A stretch of 64,000 nt of DNA. Origin: a virus. The position numbers and the translations under genes are program-made. Below, piece after piece: positions 28,752 through 36,497 of the stretch. A model generated the notes under the pieces. That model had not been told where the DNA came from. It saw nothing but the letters and a program-made list of their open reading frames with translations, and did no database searches. The DNA lies in the IMG/VR virus record IMGVR_UViG_3300035698_007508, positions 62,755 through 126,754 of that record; one strand, 5' to 3'. Every line of letters begins with the position of its first letter. Positions within the stretch are counted from its first letter, which is position 1.

Positions 28752-29339
28752 CTAAGTTCCTTGTGCGTTGGTCGGTCGGTGCCATTGGTGGAAGAGTCCC
28801 CTGACCCGGTCGCGATGTATCGTGGTGTGTGTGGATGCTCGTGCGTAGAAGTTGGCATCTTCAGACCCCCATTGTTGGTATTCGTCCCATGTGTTCGCTT
28901 GTTCGTACACCCGGCGTGTAACCGCCGCGATGCCTTTTCCATTATCTCGCCACCTACCAGCTGAGTGGTCAGGTTTCGTGTAAGACCAGCAGATCGGGAA
29001 GTATGCGGCGCCATTGCGCGTTGTATCCACGGCCTGCGTGATCACATCAGAACAAAATAGCATATCAGTGTCAATGAAGAAGAGGCACGGGTAGCGCGCC
29101 AGGCACGCCGCACTGTTCAGCCCTCGCCCGCGGGAGAAGGGCTCGTTGCTCGGTAACTGCAACAGTGTGTAGTCAATGCGGGATCCGTGCAACAAACCAG
29201 GTAGCCAGCCAAGCCGATCGTCCGTACCCCAGTCGGCTACGATCAGTTCTGCCGGTACGTACGTGCTGGCCGCAAGCGACCGTACGCAGTTCGCGAATAG
29301 CGAAGACCGGTTCTTCGATGTTACGCAGAATGAAATCAC
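28752..29339 (-). CDS. Glycosyltransferase (GT2 N-terminus, GT7/galactosyltransferase-like C-terminus)
   Basis: 'IVADWGTDD', 'FSRGRGLN', 'FIDTD', 'WGSEDANF', 'HQWH'. Confidence 0.85.
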   Translation of the reverse strand: MISFCVTSKNRSSLFANCVRSLAASTYVPAELIVADWGTDDRLGWLPGLLHGSRIDYTLLQLPSNEPFSRGRGLNSAACLARYPCLFFIDTDMLFCSDVITQAVDTTRNGAAYFPICWSYTKPDHSAGRWRDNGKGIAAVTRRVYEQANTWDEYQQWGSEDANFYARASTHTTIHRDRVRGLFHQWHRPTNAQGT

Positions 29340-32089
29340 GAGATCAACCTCAGACGTTTCTCAGGCTCGTCGCGCTCTGTTCTGAGCACGCGTAACTGGC
29401 CCAAGCCTAGTACCCGAGATTCCCAGATGTCCGGACGCAGGCACCACATATGCGGTTGTCCTTCCGCGGTGGTGAGTCGGTTGTACTGGTCTACGGTGAA
29501 GCCCCGCTCACGTAGTTCGGTAACCACCGCGTTGCGTGTGATAGTGATTCCGTGTCTGGCCTTGAGGTACGTGTTGATCGTCGGTAACAGCCGCGTTTCA
29601 ACCAGGACGACGTGCTCTGTGACGTACACTGCCGCGGTACGATCCGCGACGCGGTCAGGCAGCCCGTCTATGATCGTGTATTGCTTCTTGGTCCTGAGCA
29701 CGTGTTGTAACCCCATGAAGAAGTAGTCAATGATGTTGGCGTTGTACTCCAGGTAGTGCGGTAGTACCAACTTGTCAACGGCGTCCGTGACATCCGCTCC
29801 CATCAGGTCCGCCACGTAATGGTAGGCGGTGACGGCGGGTACCGGTGCGTCCATCAACAGATCGTAAGGGATGTCCCAACCGCGCATCAGTACGAAGCGT
29901 AGGAAGTCCGACATGGTACGTCGCATTGCTGCAATACTGGCGTGGCTGACCGCCGACAATCTTAACTCAGGTGTGTTCGTGAGCGCGATGAACGCTGTAC
30001 GCGGCATGTCGCTGATGGGTGCGGCCTGTAGATTGGTGCATGTACCGATCAATGAAGTGCGAGCACCGCGTATCATTTGCTGCATGGAGCGAGGCGAGGC
30101 TGAGCAGATGTTGATAGGCAGTGGGAGTGCACCCAATCCCGAGTAGTTCCGTAAGGTATTCTGATCTACGAACGCAAACGCGTCAGGCGATCCTGATATC
30201 AACTCCGTGAACTGACTGTGGACCGGCTCCCAGATGTACTCCGCGGGGTCGGCCAGGAACAGGTGTCGCACGGGAGGTACCTGGTCGCGGCGCCTGCAAC
30301 TCAGGTCCTGTAGTATACACGCCAGCATGTGCGAGATACAGGCGCTAAGCGCATTGGCGTGTACCGTTTTGGCCTGCCAGAGATTCTTGAACGTCACGAT
30401 AGCATCCGACCGCTGCTGATACGCGTGAATGCCGGCGTATACCGGTGTGCACGTAGGCGGTACCAAGATCTTGGTTTGCTGCAGAATCTGTGTACCCTGG
30501 CGGGTAATCACCAGATTCGGGAGTTCCAGCTCCAGATCTGGGGATATGCCGAACTGGCGCAGCTCGTCATTGACCGCCGGGCGGTCGTTGAATGCAGCAC
30601 GGATCTCACGCCACTTGAAACCGGCTGTCTCGTAGATGCCGACGTGTGCATCGACACCTTCCGCGGCATACGCGCTGGCTACGGCCCGTTCGAGTGTTTT
30701 GGCGCTGGCGAAGTCACGGTCGATCATGGTAGCACGTACCGGATCGCAACCCTTGGCGCGCACAGCCATGCGGTAGTGCAGGACCCCGCGCCGGTTACGG
30801 ACAATCTCTAACGTATCGAATCTGACGTTGCCTAGTCTGATATTCGCGTCGCAACCCCGTGTTTTGGCACCTTTGAACCCTGTATCCGTACGGTAGACTA
30901 TGTACCCGTTGGCCAACGTCGCGCAGTCACCGCGGTAGGCGCGGGGTGTTACCACCAGATCCACCAGTTCGTCCGGGACGTGTCTACGGCGCAGGGCACT
31001 GGCTAGTGACGCATTACAGTGCGTCAACGGCGGAACCGTACTCAGCAGTCGTATGACACTGGTCAGCCCGTCGTGTGCGTACAGGTCATGTAATTCACGT
31101 GCTACCCAGGATTCGAGCGTCAGGGCCGCCTCACACAACCGGCGTAGCCCGGGTACGGTCGGTACCTCGCCTTGCGTGTCGATGACCCGGATCTCCGGAC
31201 GGTACGCGGTACCGGTCACGACCTGGTCAGCTGTGAGGTACATGAACGCCTTGGCGAGGGTTAGCGGTCCCCGTGGGTGCGTGATCAGGTACAGTTTTCG
31301 GAGCCCGCGGTATTCGAAGGGTAGTGGCAGATCGTCGACGGACGTGACGGGTACGGGCGCCCCAGTGTAGTGGCGGTGGAGTGAGAATACGCCTGTCGCA
31401 AGTCGTTCGGACTGTGTGACATACAGTACAGGCTCCTCGCAGCTACGCCGATCGACCATGTACATACCGCCTGGCGCCAGCCGGATGTATTCACGGCGCT
31501 CAGGATGCAGTAGTGGCTCGACGGCCACTCCCGTCACCTCACCCGCGTATGTATAGGCATAGAGAAGGTGCGGTTCGTGCCGGTACGCGGCGCGCTCCAG
31601 GCTACGTAGTTCCTGCGGTAGCCCATCCTGCAATAGGACGCCCAGATCGGACGGTACGGCGCTTTGCAGTAATTTGTCCGTGTGCTGTAGGTGCGTTCGG
31701 CACATATAGCCGTCAGTCGAGGTGCCTTGCAGCGCCTGATGCGCACGCAGAATGTAGGCCTTGATAAGCGCTTGACTCTGGCGGCGGGTAATGTATTCTT
31801 GCTGGTGACACTCGGGACAGTCGTCTGCGAAGGTCGTGCTGAATTCACGTCCGGGGCTGAAGAGCTCTAGCGCCTGACTGAATTCCAGTTGACGGACTTG
31901 TGCCACCAACTGAACGGCATCGCCTTCGAACGCACAAACTGTACAGTAGAAGCGGTGAACGCCGGCAGGGTCAAGGACGTGAAGTGATGGTGAGACATTA
32001 TGGCATAACGGGCACGGCTGGGGGTCGTCAACGCCTCCAGTTATATCACAACCCAGTGCCTCCAAGAATGTGTCAAAACATACTCGCAT
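29336..32089 (-). CDS. Large protein with N-terminal CHC2-type (primase) zinc finger
   Basis: 'CPLCHNVSPSLHV...FYCTVCAFEGDAVQLVAQVRQLEFSQALELF'; remaining about 850 aa show no recognisable catalytic motif. Confidence 0.7.
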   Translation of the reverse strand: MRVCFDTFLEALGCDITGGVDDPQPCPLCHNVSPSLHVLDPAGVHRFYCTVCAFEGDAVQLVAQVRQLEFSQALELFSPGREFSTTFADDCPECHQQEYITRRQSQALIKAYILRAHQALQGTSTDGYMCRTHLQHTDKLLQSAVPSDLGVLLQDGLPQELRSLERAAYRHEPHLLYAYTYAGEVTGVAVEPLLHPERREYIRLAPGGMYMVDRRSCEEPVLYVTQSERLATGVFSLHRHYTGAPVPVTSVDDLPLPFEYRGLRKLYLITHPRGPLTLAKAFMYLTADQVVTGTAYRPEIRVIDTQGEVPTVPGLRRLCEAALTLESWVARELHDLYAHDGLTSVIRLLSTVPPLTHCNASLASALRRRHVPDELVDLVVTPRAYRGDCATLANGYIVYRTDTGFKGAKTRGCDANIRLGNVRFDTLEIVRNRRGVLHYRMAVRAKGCDPVRATMIDRDFASAKTLERAVASAYAAEGVDAHVGIYETAGFKWREIRAAFNDRPAVNDELRQFGISPDLELELPNLVITRQGTQILQQTKILVPPTCTPVYAGIHAYQQRSDAIVTFKNLWQAKTVHANALSACISHMLACILQDLSCRRRDQVPPVRHLFLADPAEYIWEPVHSQFTELISGSPDAFAFVDQNTLRNYSGLGALPLPINICSASPRSMQQMIRGARTSLIGTCTNLQAAPISDMPRTAFIALTNTPELRLSAVSHASIAAMRRTMSDFLRFVLMRGWDIPYDLLMDAPVPAVTAYHYVADLMGADVTDAVDKLVLPHYLEYNANIIDYFFMGLQHVLRTKKQYTIIDGLPDRVADRTAAVYVTEHVVLVETRLLPTINTYLKARHGITITRNAVVTELRERGFTVDQYNRLTTAEGQPHMWCLRPDIWESRVLGLGQLRVLRTERDEPEKRLRLIS

Positions 32090-32139
32090 TTGCGCCTCTT
32101 TCGTCGTATGCTGTTAAATATCAATAAGGAGAACATGTA

Positions 32140-33336
32140 ATGGACGTCCTTCACGACAACAGCTTTCGTACTTGGACCAAAATCGCGTCCGTAGTCGGGG
32201 AAGCCAATATCCCGGATTACGTACGACAATATACACCGCCAGATGAGCAGACTGCAAGCGCTATGTCGGACTCCGACTTTGCTGACCCGGGCAAGCGGGC
32301 CTGGCCGATCGACAGTCAGGCTGCTACGTGGCTATCTGCGGCGTACATGTTAGAGAAGGAAGCAGGACCTCTTGCTGCACTCATTGCACGCAGCTTTAAT
32401 AGGCGAATCGTCAAACCAGTTGGGGCCAAGTTGAAGCAAACAATACGTGACTGGCTCGCTACGCCCGCAGTTGAGCCGCCATCTGATGTACCCGTGCCTG
32501 GTACGGCGTCTGCGAAGATTGCAGAAGCCGTGCTAGCGTGGGATATCAAAGATGACGTGCTCAAATTGGCCGAGGCGTTCGTGGCGCGTACAGGGCAGAC
32601 CAAGCAGGCAAGCGCTGTTGAAGCCAACTACGGCTGGATCCTCAAGGACGCATCCGGAGCTGTCACAGCCCGTCGTTACGGCGTGTTTGATGTACTGGGC
32701 CTGGGTAAGGCTGCGACCTATTTTGACGCCAACCGCCGGCATTATCCGCTCGCTATCAGGACCGGTATCGCCCGATTCCTCATGCAGAAGGCTGCGGAGT
32801 ACGCGGTCGAGTACGAACAGTTGCCGACCAGCGTGTTGCGCGAAGCCGGGTACGGTGTGCCCCGTAAGTCCGTGATCATGCGCGAACTTAACGAGCGGGC
32901 ACAACTTGCCAAAGATGCCGAATGCGGGATCCTACTAGCCAACGTAAACCGATTGATCGGTACCGGCACGGATGCGGAAGTCGCTGAGAACCTGGACAAG
33001 ATTGCCGAAACAATTGACGCGTTTGATCAGGCAGAAGACCTTACACGTTACTACGGTAAGCGCATCACGCACCCGTCTGACTTCCTATGCAGCGTGACCT
33101 TCAAAGAGGCTGAGGCCTTCGTCGAGAACACGGTGACATTGCGGAAACTATCGTTCGACGTGCGCAAGCTACATACGACACCTGCGTTCCATAAGGCGGC
33201 TCAAACCGCCATGGGCGACGACTTCGATAACGCGTTGCGGGGACTCGACGTGGCTAAGACCGCAGCACTGCTGCGTGCCCTACCACTGGAAGACCGCGGT
33301 GCGCTGGAAGACAGTATAGTTGCGCTGTGTGATTGA
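32140..33336 (+). CDS. Hypothetical head-region protein with DUF6582-like motifs
   Basis: 'SDSDFADPGKRAWPID' and 'KAATYFDANRRHYPLAIRTGIARFLMQKAAEY'; AAGGAG RBS. Confidence 0.55.
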   Translation: MDVLHDNSFRTWTKIASVVGEANIPDYVRQYTPPDEQTASAMSDSDFADPGKRAWPIDSQAATWLSAAYMLEKEAGPLAALIARSFNRRIVKPVGAKLKQTIRDWLATPAVEPPSDVPVPGTASAKIAEAVLAWDIKDDVLKLAEAFVARTGQTKQASAVEANYGWILKDASGAVTARRYGVFDVLGLGKAATYFDANRRHYPLAIRTGIARFLMQKAAEYAVEYEQLPTSVLREAGYGVPRKSVIMRELNERAQLAKDAECGILLANVNRLIGTGTDAEVAENLDKIAETIDAFDQAEDLTRYYGKRITHPSDFLCSVTFKEAEAFVENTVTLRKLSFDVRKLHTTPAFHKAAQTAMGDDFDNALRGLDVAKTAALLRALPLEDRGALEDSIVALCD

Positions 33337-33362
33337 CAATAGGTTGACAACATGGAGGCCGC

Positions 33363-34013
33363 ATGTCGGAAGAGACCGCAACTCGTGAACTCTTGGAATC
33401 ATCCCAGACGGTGGCGACGGTCGTGCACGCTATCCTACGGCAAAAGTACGGCGAGGAAGCTTATGACTGGGATCTGGTCACTATCCTCATGGAGGTGCAG
33501 GATGACTACAGGGTAGACCTGTCCAGTGCATGCTCTAACCGTTGGGCTGCGATCCAGACCATCATGACCACCGACGCGTTCTTTAAGCGTCCCGACGCCT
33601 TTCTGGCCATCTGTAATACGCTGGCGACTGGTGATCCCTACTTTACGATATTCGACCCGGTCACTGTAGAAGAGGCCGCGTGGGCGATCAGCGAAGTATC
33701 CCTTAACCGGGAGATGTTGCCATTCAGCTACCCGATTAAGCAGTATCTGCGTCACATCCTACGCGCTGATGGGTATGGTACCCATGACACCCCGGATATC
33801 TTCGACGCTGTGTTGGAGCCCGGGAAGGATGTGACATCGGTACGTGAGCAATTACGACTGGTGCAGGAGACGCCTAACCGCAACAATGTGGAGGCGTACA
33901 TCGAGGATCAACTCCGGGATATGGCATCCCAGTTCAACAAGATCCCGTCGCTAGCAACCGTCGACAACATGTTGATGGCGGAGGGTTCTGAAGCGTTAGT
34001 GCGAAACCTGTGA
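33363..34013 (+). CDS. Hypothetical protein
   Basis: 216 aa, GGAGG RBS. Confidence 0.65.
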   Translation: MSEETATRELLESSQTVATVVHAILRQKYGEEAYDWDLVTILMEVQDDYRVDLSSACSNRWAAIQTIMTTDAFFKRPDAFLAICNTLATGDPYFTIFDPVTVEEAAWAISEVSLNREMLPFSYPIKQYLRHILRADGYGTHDTPDIFDAVLEPGKDVTSVREQLRLVQETPNRNNVEAYIEDQLRDMASQFNKIPSLATVDNMLMAEGSEALVRNL

Positions 34014-34019
34014 GCACGT

Positions 34020-34379
34020 ATGGCAGGAACATCCGACAACGTCGCAGACAAGGCCGAGTACAGGGGGATGTTGGACGAGATCTGTGAGGATTATTGTCCG
34101 GCTGAACAGTATTGTTTACTGAAGGAGTTACTGATTGTGCAGCATCCTGCGCGTCGGATGCTGGTGCAACTGAAGTGCATTGACAAGTTCAAGTTTGAAC
34201 GCAGTCAAGCCCAGGCCCGGGATATCGGATGGTCGGTGGCGATGCAGGCGTGGGTAGGCGGCGGTTATGCCGCCGCCTTCGCTGCGGCCTACTCCGAGAA
34301 AGTCCGCTTCCGGGATATTTACAGACGTACGCTCGCCGCGGTTGACGAGCGCCAGAAAACGAAAGAGGAGACAGAATGA
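34020..34379 (+). CDS. Hypothetical protein
   Basis: 119 aa, ATGA overlap with the next gene. Confidence 0.6.
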   Translation: MAGTSDNVADKAEYRGMLDEICEDYCPAEQYCLLKELLIVQHPARRMLVQLKCIDKFKFERSQAQARDIGWSVAMQAWVGGGYAAAFAAAYSEKVRFRDIYRRTLAAVDERQKTKEETE

Positions 34380-34681
34380 GACCGATCTATACCACACCAG
34401 AGTTCTGGGCCGCGATTATCGGTAATATCGTGAGCCTGGTTGTCGTGTTCGGCGGGTTGACCGCTACACAGGGCACAGAGATGACCACAGCGTTGCAGAC
34501 GATCATAGGTGCAGTGCTCTCCGTGGCTACAATCCTCGGCTTCATCGGCGGACAGGCCAAGCGTAAGATCGCGGCCGCAAGCCTGATGATGGCGCGAATC
34601 CAGGGTAACGGCGGTGACCCGATCAGTACGCTGACCATAGGTATGGACGCTGAAGCTAAGCAGTTGCTGGCGCAGCTGTAA
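34376..34681 (+). CDS. Small two-TM membrane protein, holin-like
   Basis: 'TPEFWAAIIGNIVSLVVVFGG' and 'IIGAVLSVATILGFIGG' hydrophobic segments; GAGGAG RBS. Confidence 0.45.
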   Translation: MRPIYTTPEFWAAIIGNIVSLVVVFGGLTATQGTEMTTALQTIIGAVLSVATILGFIGGQAKRKIAAASLMMARIQGNGGDPISTLTIGMDAEAKQLLAQL

Positions 34682-34689
34682 GGAATACG

Positions 34690-36156
34690 ATGACACGTAG
34701 CACGCAAGATCCACCGGGCATCCCTCAGCGAGGCGAAACAGGCGACCCGACTACAGGGTTAAAACCTGGCCTGGTGGACTTCGTGCTTCAGCATCATCTG
34801 ACCCAGCGTAACCCTACGCGACCTCACTACGACTTACGACTCGGTACCCCCGACACCGGCCTGTTCTCATGGGCGGTGCCGGGGGCCCGGCTTCCCGAGG
34901 AGCGTGAGAAGGTGCTGGCGCCGCAGACAGATCTACACGATTACGCCTATGGTAACTACCAGGGCAACATCGCCAGCGGGTACGGCGCCGGCCAGGTACG
35001 GTTACACGAGCGCGACCAGGCGGAGATCACTAAAGTCACGCCCAAGACGATCAGTTTCACGCTGGCCAATACCCGTAATCCCGGGCGATACTCGCTGATT
35101 CATATCGGCACCGGCAAGCGTGGCCGCGACTGGCTGTTGATCAAGCGGCCAGACGTACCAGGCGGCCCGGTAAAGATGATGCCTATCGATGCCGGTAGCA
35201 CGGCCGAAGCTATAGAGCAAGTGAAGGAGGGTACGGTGAGTAAAGCGAGTAAGAAAGACGTGTGCCCTAAGTGCGGGAAGACACTCGGCGGGTGTGCCAA
35301 GTTTGCTGTCACTGACGGCGAGAAGTTCTTCCACCCATGGTGCTTGAAGAAGAAGGCCCGGATGCAGAAAGAGTCGCAGGCGAACACACCGCCATGGCTT
35401 GATGATTTCACCAAACGTTTGTGGATGCGTGAAAATGCAGGACGTACAGGCTACGACCCGGTCAAGCGCGTATGGGGTTCCTACAAGGATATGAACAAGG
35501 GCAAGGCTTTACGCGCCGCGTACGGCCCAGGCGTGGTAGCGCCGGCAGGGCAGACGTTCACGCAGCAGCAGCTGGACGCGCTGGTCCGTAAAAGCGTGCT
35601 CAAGCATTGGCAAGACACACAACGCGTGTATCCCGGTGTCGCTACCAAATCACCGCACGCACAGCAATTGATGGCCGATCTCGTGTACGCAGGTGCTGGC
35701 ATTGACCCGAAGACAGGCAAGGCCGCGTACCCTAAACTGTGGGAGGCGATCCAGGCACGTGATGGGGCGGGTGCCGCGGGCCAGTACCATGTGAATTTCA
35801 CCCCGGAGGGCGGGACCAAAACGCCCAACGTCCGACGTAACGCCATGAATCTCAAGGATTACGTGACGCCCATGACCAACGGCTGGAATGCGGCTACGCA
35901 GCAGCTGGAAAAGGGCGGCGCAGACCACCTGACGCTGAACAAGCTTTTGACAGCCGCCGGTAAACTGACAGATAAGCACCCGAGCCCGGAGCAGGCCGAG
36001 GCTGGTAACTACCAGAAGGGTCACGTCAGTATGCATGGGTTGGATATCTCGATTGAGAATCCACGAGGTAGTACGCGCAAGGGCGTGAGCGCTGACGGTA
36101 CCGAATGGTCCACGCGTATGGTCGGAGCACATTACGGATACATAATTAAAGGATGA
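34690..36156 (+). CDS. Polyvalent protein, 5' part: LigD-type 3'-phosphoesterase, Zn ribbon, lysozyme-like domain, N-half of InPase-like domain
   Basis: 'FVLQHH...HYDLRL...SWAVP...GYGAGQV' (LigD PE); CPKC..HPWC; 'LWMRENAG..YKD..AYGP...ADLVY..RRN'; 'ISIENPRGSTRKG...W...HYGYI'. Confidence 0.8.
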   Translation: MTRSTQDPPGIPQRGETGDPTTGLKPGLVDFVLQHHLTQRNPTRPHYDLRLGTPDTGLFSWAVPGARLPEEREKVLAPQTDLHDYAYGNYQGNIASGYGAGQVRLHERDQAEITKVTPKTISFTLANTRNPGRYSLIHIGTGKRGRDWLLIKRPDVPGGPVKMMPIDAGSTAEAIEQVKEGTVSKASKKDVCPKCGKTLGGCAKFAVTDGEKFFHPWCLKKKARMQKESQANTPPWLDDFTKRLWMRENAGRTGYDPVKRVWGSYKDMNKGKALRAAYGPGVVAPAGQTFTQQQLDALVRKSVLKHWQDTQRVYPGVATKSPHAQQLMADLVYAGAGIDPKTGKAAYPKLWEAIQARDGAGAAGQYHVNFTPEGGTKTPNVRRNAMNLKDYVTPMTNGWNAATQQLEKGGADHLTLNKLLTAAGKLTDKHPSPEQAEAGNYQKGHVSMHGLDISIENPRGSTRKGVSADGTEWSTRMVGAHYGYIIKG

Positions 36157-36497
36157 AGATAAAGCTAACATGTGTAGATTGTGGGGCCGCACGGGAGTTT
36201 TACCCTAGCGAGTTAAGCGGTATAAGCCGCGCACCGTATCCCGAGGTCTGGTCGCCGGTCCTACGCCGACGGGTACGTGAGCGCGACAACTATACTTGCC
36301 AGCTGTGCGGTACCGCCTATTTAGGCGGGCGTAAGTTATCTGTACACCATATCGATTATAACAAAAACAACTGCGCGGATGCTAACTTGATAACATTGTG
36401 CCTACCGTGCCATACTAAAACGAATTTCAATAGGGAAGAATGGACAATATATATGCAAAGACTACTACAATCGGAGGCGTATCATGCTGTCGCGTAG
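36153..36497 (+). CDS. HNH endonuclease inserted into the InPase-like domain
   Basis: 'RERDNYTCQLCG...LSVHHIDYNKNNC..NLITLCLPCHTKTN'; AT-richer than flanks; overlaps both flanking ORFs. Confidence 0.9.
   Translation: MKIKLTCVDCGAAREFYPSELSGISRAPYPEVWSPVLRRRVRERDNYTCQLCGTAYLGGRKLSVHHIDYNKNNCADANLITLCLPCHTKTNFNREEWTIYMQRLLQSEAYHAVA

Noticed and set aside
28730-29014. Longer N-terminus for the LicD-methyltransferase as given in the ORF track
   Set aside because: It overlaps the catalytic C-terminus (WGSED, HQWH) of the upstream glycosyltransferase and is low-complexity.
36153-36497. Group I intron carrying the HNH
   Set aside because: The HNH ORF fills the whole insertion, leaving no space for a ribozyme core, and the downstream half has its own RBS and ATG.
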